From Bdellovibrionales bacterium (GTDB taxonomy: Bacteria; Bdellovibrionota; Bdellovibrionia; Bdellovibrionales; UBA1609), in the NCBI GenBank assembly GCA_965219095.1, contig CBDCMT010000001.1:992001-1056000 (forward strand): a stretch of DNA of 64,000 nucleotides. The letters are read 5' to 3'. The notes beneath the pieces were generated by a model. It was given only the letters and a program-made list of their open reading frames with translations, was not told the DNA's origin and did not search any database. This document shows, piece by piece, positions 47,435 through 58,191 of this stretch (its first letter is position 1; the number at the start of each line of letters is the position of its first letter). Position numbers and translations under genes: made by a program.

Positions 47435-48543
47435 CAGATTTCCCTTTTCATTATGATATTTTCTTAAAAATGCTTGATGTTTTTAAGTCTTTTAGAGGTG
47501 AGCTTATAAAGTTCTTCCCTCTAGTTTTTCTTTTCAGAGTTATTTTTAGTTTTATAACTTTTAAAAATACTAATGATTTTATGACTCTTTTGAAAGACAC
47601 TTTTATTTTATGGGGTTTATTTTACTTTTTTTACGATTTTGTCATTTTTTCAGTTCAGATTCCTTCTTTTTTAAGCTCTACGTTTCAAACAGATGAAATC
47701 TTTGAAGTCATTTTAGAAGATAACAGTTGGTTTACCTTTTTTACAGCAAGGTTAGGCAGTTGGTTTGCTGTTTTATCTTATTGGATCAGTTTTGGGCTTT
47801 ATATTTTTATGATCTCTCTTTTTATTCTCTTTAGCCCCTTTGTGTTTTTTATGAGTTCAAGTCTTTCTTCTTATGGAGCGTTCAAAGTTTTCTTAAGCTC
47901 ATTTATTTTCATTCTTCTTTGGCCTATTTTTTGGTATGGGATCAACTTTACTTTAGTTGAAATTCTCTTAGGAGAAAATGCTTTTGTAAATCATGTTATT
48001 TTGATCTTAGGAAATTTCTTAAAGGTTATTTTTCCTTTATTTTTTATAGGTTTTATAGCCAAGTTTTCATTAGTCAGTAAGCTAGGCTCTGTTGCAAAAG
48101 GAGTTGGTCTTGTAGGAGCTTCAAAGTTTGCAAACAATAAAACTGTGCAAACTATAAAAGCTGTAGGAGGTGATCATTACCTCACCCAAGCCTCTAAAAC
48201 TTTTCATCAAGCTAAGAAGAATCTTTATAAAAAACTAGGAGGTAATCCTTTCCATATGAAAAATGACATCACTCATACCTATAACCACAATAAAAAAGAC
48301 TCTATAGCAACTCATTCTCACTTCTTACAAAAACAAAGCTCTTCTTCTCACGACAAAAAAACTCACCTTAAACACAAAAGCAAAACTCAAGATTTCTATG
48401 AAAAAAACCTCGTCCTTAGAGATAGACCAATGATAAACTCTCAAGACATAGGTTCAAAGAATTTTGAACCTCAAAATTCACAAAAAAAATCACTAAACGA
48501 AAGGAGACAAAATGAGAACATTTCTAAAACTCATCAAAGATGA
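47431..48543 (+). CDS. VirB6/TrbL-like polytopic membrane protein
   Basis: Five or six TM segments (ILLWPIFW) plus a low-complexity hydrophilic tail. Confidence 0.65.
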   Translation: MTDFPFHYDIFLKMLDVFKSFRGELIKFFPLVFLFRVIFSFITFKNTNDFMTLLKDTFILWGLFYFFYDFVIFSVQIPSFLSSTFQTDEIFEVILEDNSWFTFFTARLGSWFAVLSYWISFGLYIFMISLFILFSPFVFFMSSSLSSYGAFKVFLSSFIFILLWPIFWYGINFTLVEILLGENAFVNHVILILGNFLKVIFPLFFIGFIAKFSLVSKLGSVAKGVGLVGASKFANNKTVQTIKAVGGDHYLTQASKTFHQAKKNLYKKLGGNPFHMKNDITHTYNHNKKDSIATHSHFLQKQSSSSHDKKTHLKHKSKTQDFYEKNLVLRDRPMINSQDIGSKNFEPQNSQKKSLNERRQNENISKTHQR

Positions 48544-49051
48544 ATTTGTGTTTTATACATTGATTCTTTCTCTGTTCTTATGGGGCTTTTCTTCAAGCCT
48601 TTACTTAATTTTTAAAGAAGATAGGAGTTTTGTTATAGAAAAAGACTCTCAAGGGTTTTTAAAGATTCTAGGAACTAAAGACCTTTCTTCTAGAAGAGAG
48701 GTGTTTTTAAGGTTGTTTGTCATACTAAGTTTTAACTACGATACAAGTTCTTTTAAAAAGAACCTGTCTATGGCAGGAGAGCTTATGAGTGATGAGTTTT
48801 GGAGAAAAAAGAGAGCTTATTTTCTTAAAGTCTTTGAAGAGGTGAGGATGAAAAAAATCTCTCAATTTGCAGAGATTTCAAAACTCATAGAAACTTCAAA
48901 CAATACTTATAAAGCTCATTTGAACATCATTATCTTTCAAGGCAAACAAAAGACTGAAAAAAAGGGAAAACTTCTCATCAAGCTGCAAAGTGCAGAAATG
49001 AGAGCTCAAAATTTATATGGATTCGAGGTGTATGATGTTCAAATTTTATAG
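48512..49051 (+). CDS. VirB8/TraE-like bitopic protein
   Basis: N-terminal TM, FNYD helix, and C-terminal strand with NLYGFEV (NPxG-like). Confidence 0.65.
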   Translation: MRTFLKLIKDEFVFYTLILSLFLWGFSSSLYLIFKEDRSFVIEKDSQGFLKILGTKDLSSRREVFLRLFVILSFNYDTSSFKKNLSMAGELMSDEFWRKKRAYFLKVFEEVRMKKISQFAEISKLIETSNNTYKAHLNIIIFQGKQKTEKKGKLLIKLQSAEMRAQNLYGFEVYDVQIL

Positions 49052-50121
49052 TATATTGGTGCTTCTGTTTTTGTAACTGCTCACTCTCGTAAGTTTTTAT
49101 TTAAAGCCATAGAGATGGCTTCTAAAGAAGAATACCCTCTATTTCTCATTGTTTTAACATAGCTGGTAATACGACAAAAATATTTCGCCATTTCTTCTGT
49201 TCTGAAACACCCTGACACTTTCTTTTTCACTTTAGTCATTCTTAGATCTCTTTCAGCTCTGTTATTAGTAGGATCTACGTTCTTTCTTTTAGCAAAGCAC
49301 AGTATTTCTGCTTCATACTTTTTAAATCGCACCAAAGGTTTTGAGCTTGTGTATGCTTTATTCGTCCTTTCTTGCCATTTTTCTTAGGAAATTCTGGAAG
49401 CTCTTTTAAGCCTTTTGTAAGAATACTCCTATACCTTCTCTGAAGAGTTTCGTACTCTTTTTGAGTCAGAACTCTTGACTCTTTTTTATGAACTAACTCC
49501 ACAGTCTCTTTAAGAAGTTTTTTGAGATTTGTAGCCCATTTGAATCCATTGCTTTCTTCTATAAATTTAAGCTCTCTCAAAAGGTGAGCCACACACAAAG
49601 CATGAGTTATCTTATCATAACAAAAGTAAGGACTCCAACAATCATGCACAAGCACTCCTCCATATCTATCCAAGAGACCAATATCTTTTATGGCTTCCCT
49701 TCCACCTGAAAGGTGGAGAAACTGCAAGACTAATTCTCCTGAACTATAAGTATGAATCCAGTAGTTTTTACCCTTAACCCTCATAGAGGTCTCATCAACA
49801 TGAATGACCTCTGATTCAAGTATCTTTTCTTTCATCTGCTCTTCCCAACTTTTAAGAAACTCTCCTAATTCAGCAATGTATCTCAACATAACTGCAGGAG
49901 AAATCATTCGACCTATAAGCCCCATGTAATGTTCCCCAACACGCTCTAAAAGACAGCATCTGAACTATAATGAAATTGATGATGGAAGCTCTAATGCCTA
50001 TACCATACTGAAGAGGACCACTCATACCTTTAGGGAATTGACCTTTATTTCTAGCTCCACATGAGGGACAATCCTTAACTTCAGAAGTTACAGTATGGGT
50101 CTGAATTTCATAAAAAATATC

Positions 50122-51641
50122 GCCTCCTCAAAAGAATCTGTGGGTTCCCGGAGGTTCTGGCAGTTTTCCAAGGTTATGATATAAGGCGATTTTTATAGCT
50201 TTAGAGGTTCTAAAGCCGTAAGATTTTCTCATAGTGAGTTTTACTTTGTTGTTTAAACCCTCTACAATCCCTGAGGAGAAGGTTTTTTTAGCCTTGAAGT
50301 AATTAAGAATAAGTAGCTTATGTCTTCGTATGGTTTTTGCTTCTCTTTTCATAGGTTCAATTTTTGAAAGCATGACTCGTTTCGTCCAACTGTCTATAAA
50401 TTTACCAGCCCAAGTTGGTGAAACATAGGTCCATAACTGTCGGAAGTCTTCTTTTAAAAAATAACAGCGGATACTTTTTAAATTGTACTGTATTAAATGC
50501 CTTAATTTTACTTTTTCATAAGATTTTAAATTTTCTGCATTTTTTAACAAGGGCCATCTAGCTTTTGTTAAAAGGGGTTCATACCCGTCTTCTTTCATTT
50601 TTTTGTGTTCTGAAGCTCTCACTTCATCTAAAGCCTTATTGAGTCTTGCTACGATATGAAACCGATCTAATATATTCAAAGCTTGACTTGCCCTTTCCTT
50701 TATTACTTTTAAATAGGGCTTCCACATATCAGAACACACAAACTGTATATCTTTTGACTTCTCTCCTAGTAAATCAAAGAATTTTCTAAAACTCTTTTCT
50801 GTTCTTTTTTCTCCTATCCATAGCAAACGAACACTTTCTTTGCTTATTTCATAGACTAAGGTGAGATACTGATGGTTCTTTTTCCATTGTATTTCATCTA
50901 CACCTATAGCTTGTATTCCCTTTAAAACCCTTTGTTTTAAACCATATTCTACGACCCATTCTACCGAAGCATAGACCTGATTCCAACTGACATGAAACTT
51001 ACAAGAAACCTCTTTCCAAGACAGGTGACGACACCAGTCAGCTAAGTACTTCATGTAAAAAATTGTTAGGTTTTTCTTCCCATCTGCCCAAGGTAAATAC
51101 TCAACTTTTACTCCACAGCAAGAACAATTAACTCTTCTTACAAAATAAACAAAAAACACCCTGTAACTTAAAATAGGAAGGGATTCAAAGTCCCGTGATG
51201 ATTTACTGCTGTCATACACTGAACAGGGCTTCTTACAAACACTACAAAAAGCTTGGCCATTTTTACGAGCCTTAATAGGAACATTAATTGACTTTCTATC
51301 TTTTGAAAAATAAATGTCTCCGTATACAAAAGACTTCCATCTTAAACAATCATTTAGTATAGTCTTCAAAAGCATCTCTTCCCTCCTTTTTTTTTTTTTT
51401 GAATAACATTTTAAGGCATCTGGGAAGTAGGTGCTTCTTTTTTAAAATTTTAATGTAACACAGCAAATAAAAGCAAATAAAATGAATGTTTTTGAGTTCA
51501 ATCACCGGAGGTGATAGAGGCCAGTAAGGGCCTCAAAGAACTCAAAAATACAAGATAGAATGTCTTACTCTTACTTTGATTAATATGAGCTCTTTTGGGG
51601 GATTTCTACTACTTTTCACCCACAGATTCCCGGGAGGAGCC
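50122..51641 (-). mobile_element. ISL3-family element, copy 2
   Basis: Same IRs as copy 1. 8-bp TSD aaaatatc at 50114-50121 and 51642-51649. Confidence 0.95.
50128..51375 (-). CDS. ISL3-family transposase
   Basis: 415 aa, near-identical to 24368-25615. Confidence 0.95.
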   Translation of the reverse strand: MLLKTILNDCLRWKSFVYGDIYFSKDRKSINVPIKARKNGQAFCSVCKKPCSVYDSSKSSRDFESLPILSYRVFFVYFVRRVNCSCCGVKVEYLPWADGKKNLTIFYMKYLADWCRHLSWKEVSCKFHVSWNQVYASVEWVVEYGLKQRVLKGIQAIGVDEIQWKKNHQYLTLVYEISKESVRLLWIGEKRTEKSFRKFFDLLGEKSKDIQFVCSDMWKPYLKVIKERASQALNILDRFHIVARLNKALDEVRASEHKKMKEDGYEPLLTKARWPLLKNAENLKSYEKVKLRHLIQYNLKSIRCYFLKEDFRQLWTYVSPTWAGKFIDSWTKRVMLSKIEPMKREAKTIRRHKLLILNYFKAKKTFSSGIVEGLNNKVKLTMRKSYGFRTSKAIKIALYHNLGKLPEPPGTHRFF

Positions 51642-52519
51642 AAAATATCAATCTTTTTACGCTTTTCAAGGCTTTTTACCTCTGCTGTCTTTAAAAACAT
51701 CCCACACTGAGAACACTCTGAGGGAGAGACAGTCTCCTCGCTGTTTTGTATCTTTACTGATAAGCCTAGAGCCCTTTTTTTGACTCTCCCTAGCCTTCTT
51801 ATTACGATTCCCTTGACGACTAAAATCTTGCGAAGGAGGAAGACCGCTGTTGCTGGAATTTTTTCGAACCTGTTTTTCTAAAAGCACAACAATCAGAATG
51901 TTCACAACCTTAAAGAGAGATTCAACAATCACAGAAATCTCAGTAGGCACAGAACCTTTCTTTGCAAACTTATCAAAGTCACTTCTTATATTTTCAATCT
52001 CATTTCTGATGGAGGTCTTATTTATTGTCATTTGAAAAAAGTATTTAAAAGAAAATCTGTAAGAGCAAGACTTTTATCTTAAAACAGGTCTAAAGTTAGG
52101 GATAACTGAACAATGTAGGTGAGCAGTTACCTGTTTTTTTCTGAGCTTACTTTAGCTAAAGTTCAAAGGCTTTCCAGTCAGTTTGTTAATTTATCAAAGC
52201 CTTTGAAGGTTTATGTTCATCCTGGAAGAGTGAGTCTTTTAGAGTTTCCTTGTCATATTGAAAAAACAGTTATGGGTTCATCTTCTGATCTAAAAGTTCA
52301 TATAGTAGAAAAGTATCCTAAACAGATTTTTTTATGGTTAAAAAATTACAAAGCTCAATCAACCAATCTTATTATCAACTGTGAGAAAAAAGTTTTTATC
52401 ATAGATATTTTAGCTTCTCATACTAACCACCAGGACTATGTTAAAATTTTATCTAGTTTTGAAGTCCCTAAGATAAAAGCAAAGAAGATTGACGGATCAA
52501 GAATGAAAGGACGTTCAAA

Positions 52520-53227
52520 GTGAGGTGGTTTTTCTTTTTAGTTGTTTTTCATCATTATGTTTTAGCTTTTCAAGGGGTGAAAGTGAAAATTTCCCCTTTG
52601 CCCCAAGAAAAAAGAAGGAAAATTCGCTCTCTAGAAGATTTGCCCTCTCGTAAAAACATGAGGGGAAATCTTTCAAGAGAGCTTTTAAGACATTCTTCAA
52701 AGCTGACTCAAGGTGAGGTCATTTATGTGAAAGAAACAATTCCTCGGTTAGGTGATGTTTTATCTCTTAAAATCTCTTTTGACCTTTTCACTTCGTCCTT
52801 ATTCTCGCAACCTGTCGTAGCTCAAGTGATAGGGGGAAAGTTTCAAGGCTCAAGACTTGTAGGAAAAGCAACTCTTAATACCTCTACAAAACAAGTTCTT
52901 ATTGTTTTTGAAAAAATGAAGCTTTTTAACTCAGAAAAAGAGATAAGTCTAAAGGCTCAAGTTTTTTTCAAGGATAAAAAATTTGATATGAGAAAAGTTC
53001 AGCACAGAGACTCTCAGGAGATCTTAAATTATCTTTTAGAAAGAGCCTCTTATCTTCTTAAAGAAGAGAATAAAACTCTTTCAGAAAGTCTTTTAGAGGC
53101 TAAAAACTTTCAAAGTTATTTAAAAACTGTAATAAAAAAAGGAGGTTACCTTGTTTATCTCAAAGCCCCTCTTTTTGTAAAAGCTGTTGTGCTGAAAACT
53201 CATCAAACGAAAGGAGAAAATAAGTGA
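52520..53227 (+). CDS. VirB10/TrbI-like protein (short)
   Basis: N-terminal hydrophobic segment, PVVAQV...GSRLVGKA...VLIVFEKM beta motif, downstream of the VirB9-like gene. Confidence 0.65.
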   Translation: MRWFFFLVVFHHYVLAFQGVKVKISPLPQEKRRKIRSLEDLPSRKNMRGNLSRELLRHSSKLTQGEVIYVKETIPRLGDVLSLKISFDLFTSSLFSQPVVAQVIGGKFQGSRLVGKATLNTSTKQVLIVFEKMKLFNSEKEISLKAQVFFKDKKFDMRKVQHRDSQEILNYLLERASYLLKEENKTLSESLLEAKNFQSYLKTVIKKGGYLVYLKAPLFVKAVVLKTHQTKGENK

Positions 53228-53499
53228 AAACTATCAAAATCAAAGTTAAAGAAAATCAATTTGAAAGAATAAAACAGTTAAAACTTAAGCTCAAAAAAAG
53301 AGGTTTGTCTAAAGAAGGTTTAAGCCTTGTTTTCAGCCTTATTTTTCAAAAAGCCCTAGACAAGCTAGGTGATGAGTTTTTTAGAGAGGTTTTAAATGAA
53401 CTGACCCCTATTAGTTATAAGATAGAGTGTCTTTCCCAAAATGAAGACAACAAACGTAAACTTTTAGATATGGTTGAACAAATGGAGAAAGAATTATGA
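53224..53499 (+). CDS. Small hypothetical protein, possible relaxosome accessory factor
   Basis: N-terminal KTIKIKV strand followed by helices (RHH-like pattern), coupled to the relaxase-like gene. Confidence 0.5.
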   Translation: MKTIKIKVKENQFERIKQLKLKLKKRGLSKEGLSLVFSLIFQKALDKLGDEFFREVLNELTPISYKIECLSQNEDNKRKLLDMVEQMEKEL

Positions 53500-54233
53500 A
53501 AAAAAACATATCTCTTCAAAAAAGAGATATAGAGATTATAGAGTTTTTAGAAGCTCAAAGGTTTGCCACATTAAAGCAAATTAGAAATCTCTTTTTTTCT
53601 TCTTCCAGCTCTTGTTATAAACGACTCTCTTATCTTCTTAACCAAGGCTTTGTTTCTTCTTTTTCAGTCAAAGACATTTTAAGACATTCTTTTAGAAAGA
53701 GAAGTCTTGTCAATTTAAAAAAAATAGGAGTTCAAAATAACATCAAAATCTACACCCCTAAAAATAGGAAAAAAAAGCTTATGTTTGACAAGTTTCTCTT
53801 ACATCAGCTTATTGTCAACGAAGTAGCTCTGAAGTTAAAAGAGGAGTTTTCCAGTCTTTTCATCTTGTTTGAAAAGGATTTTTATAAGTTTTCTTCTTAT
53901 TACTTAAAATCATTAAGAAAACTCAGGCCTGATTTTAGCTTAGAGGGTGAAGGCATGAAGATTGCTGTAGAGGTAGAAACAAGCCTCAAGTCAAAGAGAA
54001 GGTATTTTGAAAAAATCCATGAATATAAGCACTCTATCTATACTCATGTGCTTTATATTTATCTTACTGAACATCATAGGTGCTTTTTACAGGAAATTTT
54101 AAGACGAGCTTATTTCATAGCTCTTGCTAAACATTCAAACCCTATGAAAGTAGAAAATTATTTTTTTGGATATTTGCCTTTAAAAGATTGGATCAAAAAA
54201 ACAAATGAAAGGAGAAAGAATGAAAAAAAATGA
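53496..54233 (+). CDS. Replication-relaxation (Replic_Relax / MOBC-like) relaxase
   Basis: N-terminal wHTH (LQKRDIEII...ATLKQI...RLSYL), HQL, and RPD-x12-EVE..KS..RY (PD-(D/E)xK-type). Directly upstream of the coupling protein. Confidence 0.78.
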   Translation: MKKNISLQKRDIEIIEFLEAQRFATLKQIRNLFFSSSSSCYKRLSYLLNQGFVSSFSVKDILRHSFRKRSLVNLKKIGVQNNIKIYTPKNRKKKLMFDKFLLHQLIVNEVALKLKEEFSSLFILFEKDFYKFSSYYLKSLRKLRPDFSLEGEGMKIAVEVETSLKSKRRYFEKIHEYKHSIYTHVLYIYLTEHHRCFLQEILRRAYFIALAKHSNPMKVENYFFGYLPLKDWIKKTNERRKNEKK

Positions 54234-55059
54234 AGATTTTGATGTAGAAAAAAGTTTCAATATACTTTTTATGATTTTCTTTTTAGGGGGAGTGGTTGCA
54301 CATAAAGAGATTAAAAAAGCTCCTTATGCTTCTAAAAGGCTTGCGAAAAACTATAAATTTATAATTTGTATTTTTATTGGCCTTGTCATTTTAGAGACTC
54401 TTTTTCATTTATTTGTTTTAGACCTTTTGTTTTTCTGGTTAGCACAGCTTTTTGTATTTTGGATCTTTCAGGCTTTTTTACTTTTTATAACTTGTAATTT
54501 TTGGCTTAAGGATGAGAACATAAAATCCAAAAAACGCATTACAGTGGATCATTTGGAGGGAGAAGAAGTTGATTTCAAAACTTTTGAGAAGGCTCTTGAG
54601 TCTAAAGACTCAGCTCCTATAGGAGCCAATTTTGTCAAAAAAGAGCTTGTAAGTTTACCTGTCAGTTCTAGAACAGAACATTTACTTGTTACAGGAGCGA
54701 CAGGCACAGGAAAAACAACCTTGATGATGAATTTACTGAGGCACAGTTTTTTGCATAAACACCCTCTTGTGATCCTTGATCCTAAGGGGGAAATAAAGGA
54801 CATAGAGATGATAAAATTCCTTTTTTGTGAGTTAGGAAGAAAAGAGGAAGACTTTAAGCTTTTTTCTCTTGCACAGCCTGAAAAGAGCTTGTCCTACGAT
54901 CCTTTGAAGTATGGAACAAGTGAACAAGTGAGGTCGAAACTGATGCTTGGCCTTAGTTTTACTCATGATTATTATGCTTCACAAGCCAGTCAGTATCTTT
55001 CTATCTTGCTTTCTTGTTTTGAAGCTCTAAAAAAGAAAATGAATCTTAAAGAATTAAAA
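54220..55059 (+). pseudogene. Type IV coupling protein (VirD4/TraD-like), truncated by ISL3
   Basis: N-terminal TMs, HLLVTGATGTGKT, ILDPKG and YDPL. Walker B half absent. Confidence 0.85.
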
Positions 55060-56580
55060 GGCTCCTCCCGGGAATCTGTGGGTGAAAAGTAGTAGAAATC
55101 CCCCAAAAAGGCTCATATTAATCAAAGTAAGAGTAAGACATCCTATCTTGTATTTTTGAGTTCTTTGAGGCCCTTACTGGCCTCTATCACCTCCGGTGAT
55201 TGAACTCAAAAACATTCATTTTATTTGCTTTTATTTGCTGTGTTACATTAAAATTTTAAAAAAGAAGCACCTACTTCCCAGATGCCTTAAAATGTTATTC
55301 AAAAAAAAAAAAAAAGGAGGGAAGAGATGCTTTTGAAGACTATACTAAATGATTGTTTAAGATGGAAGTCTTTTGTGTACGAAGACATTTATTTTTCAAA
55401 AGATAGAAAGTCAATTAATGTTCCTATTAAGGCTCGTAAAAATGGCCAAGCTTTTTGTAGTGTTTGTAAGAAGCCCTGTTCAGTGTATGACAGCAGTAAA
55501 TCATCACGGGACTTTGAATCCCTTCCTATTTTAAGTTACAGGGTGTTTTTTGTTTATTTTGTAAGAAGAGTTAATTGTTCTTGCTGTGGAGTAAAAGTTG
55601 AGTATTTACCTTGGGCAGATGGGAAGAAAAACCTAACAATTTTTTACATGAAGTACTTAGCTGACTGGTGTCGTCACCTGTCTTGGAAAGAGGTTTCTTG
55701 TAAGTTTCAGGTCAGTTGGAATCAGGTCTATGCTTCGGTAGAATGGGTCGTAGAATATGGTTTAAAACAAAGGGTTTTAAAGGGAATACAAGCTATAGGT
55801 GTAGATGAAATACAATGGAAAAAGAACCATCAGTATCTCACCTTAGTCTATGAAATAAGCAAAGAAAGTGTTCGTTTGCTATGGATAGGAGAAAAAAGAA
55901 CAGAGGAGAGTTTCAACAAGTTTTTTGATTTACTAGGAGAGAAGTCAAAAGATATACAGTTTGTGTGTTCTGATATGTGGAAGCCCTATTTAAAAGTAAT
56001 AAAGGAAAGGGCAAGTCAAGCTTTGAATATATTAGATCGGTTTCATATCGTAGCAAGACTCAATAAGGCTTTAGACGAAGTGAGAGCTTCAGAACACAAA
56101 AAAATGAAAGAAGACGGGTATGAACCCCTTTTAACAAAAGCTAGATGGCCCTTGTTAAAAAATGCAGAAAATTTAAAATCTTATGAAAAAGTAAAATTAA
56201 GGCATTTAATACAGTACAATTTAAAAAGTATCCGCTGTTATTTTTTAAAAGAAGACTTCCGACAGTTATGGACCTATGTTTCACCAACTTGGTCTGGTAA
56301 ATTTATAGACAGTTGGACGAGACGAGTCATGCTTTCAAAAATTGAACCTATGAAAAGAGAAGCAAAAACCATACGAAGACATAAGCTACTTATTCTTAAT
56401 TACTTCAAGGCTAAAAAAACCTTCTCCTCAGGGATTGTAGAGGGTTTAAACAACAAAGTAAAACTCACTATGAGAAAATCTTACGGCTTTAGAACCTCTA
56501 AAGCTATAAAAATCGCCTTATATCATAACCTTGGAAAACTGCCAGAACCTCCGGGAACCCACAGATTCTTTTGAGGAGGC
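55060..56580 (+). mobile_element. ISL3-family element, copy 3 (no TSD)
   Basis: Same IRs. Flanks aattaaaa and gttttttt do not match. Confidence 0.95.
55327..56574 (+). CDS. ISL3-family transposase
   Basis: 415 aa, near-identical to the other two copies. Confidence 0.95.
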   Translation: MLLKTILNDCLRWKSFVYEDIYFSKDRKSINVPIKARKNGQAFCSVCKKPCSVYDSSKSSRDFESLPILSYRVFFVYFVRRVNCSCCGVKVEYLPWADGKKNLTIFYMKYLADWCRHLSWKEVSCKFQVSWNQVYASVEWVVEYGLKQRVLKGIQAIGVDEIQWKKNHQYLTLVYEISKESVRLLWIGEKRTEESFNKFFDLLGEKSKDIQFVCSDMWKPYLKVIKERASQALNILDRFHIVARLNKALDEVRASEHKKMKEDGYEPLLTKARWPLLKNAENLKSYEKVKLRHLIQYNLKSIRCYFLKEDFRQLWTYVSPTWSGKFIDSWTRRVMLSKIEPMKREAKTIRRHKLLILNYFKAKKTFSSGIVEGLNNKVKLTMRKSYGFRTSKAIKIALYHNLGKLPEPPGTHRFF

Positions 56581-56668
56581 GTTTTTTTAATGAGGCTTTT
56601 GTTTTTTTTCCGAACAGCTTTTTCGCATTTTTTAGGAAGACATAGATTGCTGTCAACAGTTACTTCTA

Positions 56669-57028
56669 TTAAACCCTTAGAGCATTTATATGAGTATGTT
56701 GAGTATGCTTTTTTCCAACCCTTTCTCTCTTACGTGTTTCTATCCGGCTCTCTATCTTTGTTTTATCTTTAGAAACACAAAGAAATCTTGCACTCGAAAA
56801 AGTTGAAGGACATGCTTTCTGCCTAAAGCCTGTGCCTATTATTTCCCATGGTTTAGGAACAATTTGTACTTCACATCTAGAACATATACTTCCCCTCTGA
56901 AGTATTGTATATTCCTTAGTTTGATGATTAATAGCTATTACATCTTGGGCTTTTATTCCTAAAACCTCTTTAGTAGCACAGCTAAAAATAAAAAAACTAA
57001 TAACTACAGCTATTTTTTTACAACTCAT
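56669..57028 (-). CDS. Hypothetical lipoprotein
   Basis: Lipobox IFSC and a CxxC motif. Confidence 0.6.
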   Translation of the reverse strand: MSCKKIAVVISFFIFSCATKEVLGIKAQDVIAINHQTKEYTILQRGSICSRCEVQIVPKPWEIIGTGFRQKACPSTFSSARFLCVSKDKTKIESRIETRKRERVGKKHTQHTHINALRV

Positions 57029-57201
57029 AGCTTAACTATAGAGATTGAAGCAATAAAAAACAATCTTTTTGGCTTTCTTGCTAAAGACAAATCTTTTGAG
57101 CAAAGCAATTGCCACGAAGCATTATTTTTCTTAGAGTCTTGAGACTTCTAAGAAGAAAATAGAAAATAGAAAGTAGAAAGTAGAGAATTGTAAGGAGGTT
57201 T

Positions 57202-58191
57202 ATGGTTTTGGATTTTACAGAAAAAAACAAAGCGATTTCAGAAGATTGTCAATTAGCAAGAAATGTGATTAAGGAAGTCTCTAAAGTGATCGTTGGTCAA
57301 AAGTCTATGGTGGAAGGTCTTATGATAGGTTTGTTAACTAATGGACATATTTTGCTTGAGGGTTTACCGGGTTTAGCTAAGACTTTGACCATTTCTACTT
57401 TAGCCAAAGTGACTTCCCTTAATTTTCAGAGGATTCAGTTCACGCCTGACCTTTTACCAACAGATTTGATTGGGACTATGGTATTTCATCCTAAGACAGG
57501 TGATTTTTATCCTAAAAAGGGGCCTATTTTTTCTCATATTGTTTTAGCTGATGAGATCAATAGAGCAGCAGCGAAAGTACAAAGTGCTTTGTTAGAAGCC
57601 ATGGCAGAAAAGCAGGTAACTATTGGAGAGGTCTCCTATGAGTTGGAAAGGCCCTTTTTAGTTTTAGCTACGCAAAATCCTATTGAACAAGAAGGTACTT
57701 ACCCTCTTCCAGAAGCTCAGATGGATCGTTTCATGATGAAAGTAGTTGTGGCTTATCCTAACAGAAAAGAAGAGCTTGAAATTTTGAAGTCTATGGTTGT
57801 TGAGGAGGAAAAGAAAGTGAACGTGGTGATGGGTAGGGAGGATGTGTTTCGCCTTAAAAAGACCGTTGAGTCTGTTTATGTAGACGAAAAGCTCAACACT
57901 TACATTGTGGATCTTGTTTTAGCGACAAGAGAACCTGAAAAGTATGGGCTTAGCCGCTTGAAGCCTTTTATCAATGTGGGAGGTTCTCCTCGTGCTACCA
58001 TCAACCTTTCTCGAGCAGCTAAGGCTTATGCTTTTTTAAATCAAAGAGCTTACGTGACAGCAGAAGACATAAAAGCCATTTTGTGTGAAGTTTTAGGACA
58101 TCGTTTGGTTTTAAGTTATGAAGCAGAGGCTGAGGGTGTTACTGACTACGAAATTATTAAAGAGTTAGTCCAGCAAGTTGAGGTACCTTAG
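57202..58191 (+). CDS. moxR: MoxR-family AAA+ ATPase
   Basis: GLPGLAKT, RIQFTPDLLP, LADEINR and ATQNPIEQEGTYPLPEAQMDRF motifs. Confidence 0.95.
   Translation: MVLDFTEKNKAISEDCQLARNVIKEVSKVIVGQKSMVEGLMIGLLTNGHILLEGLPGLAKTLTISTLAKVTSLNFQRIQFTPDLLPTDLIGTMVFHPKTGDFYPKKGPIFSHIVLADEINRAAAKVQSALLEAMAEKQVTIGEVSYELERPFLVLATQNPIEQEGTYPLPEAQMDRFMMKVVVAYPNRKEELEILKSMVVEEEKKVNVVMGREDVFRLKKTVESVYVDEKLNTYIVDLVLATREPEKYGLSRLKPFINVGGSPRATINLSRAAKAYAFLNQRAYVTAEDIKAILCEVLGHRLVLSYEAEAEGVTDYEIIKELVQQVEVP

Larger units (their letters stand above)
49081..52031 (-). pseudogene. IS66 transposase fragments
   Basis: ORFs 51666-52031, 49275-49925 and 49081-49335 are near-identical to parts of 14471-15895. Confidence 0.9.
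49073..52130 (-). mobile_element. IS66 element B, copy 2 (frameshifted, interrupted by ISL3)
   Basis: Same IRs as 14372-15903. 8-bp TSD ctgttttt at 49065-49072 and 52131-52138. Confidence 0.93.
49032..52523 (+). pseudogene. VirB9/TraK-like protein split by IS66 element B2
   Basis: Removing the IS and one TSD gives MMFKFYSILVLLFFSELTLAKVQR..., a signal peptide joined in frame to ORF 52119-52523 (VSLLEFP, TNLII). Confidence 0.75.
41107..55059. mobile_element. Degenerate integrative conjugative element / T4SS island
   Basis: Divergent XRE regulator block and a translationally coupled operon with pilin, VirB4, relaxase-like and coupling-protein genes. No integrase in view, right part lost at ISL3, left boundary approximate. 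Confidence 0.8.
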
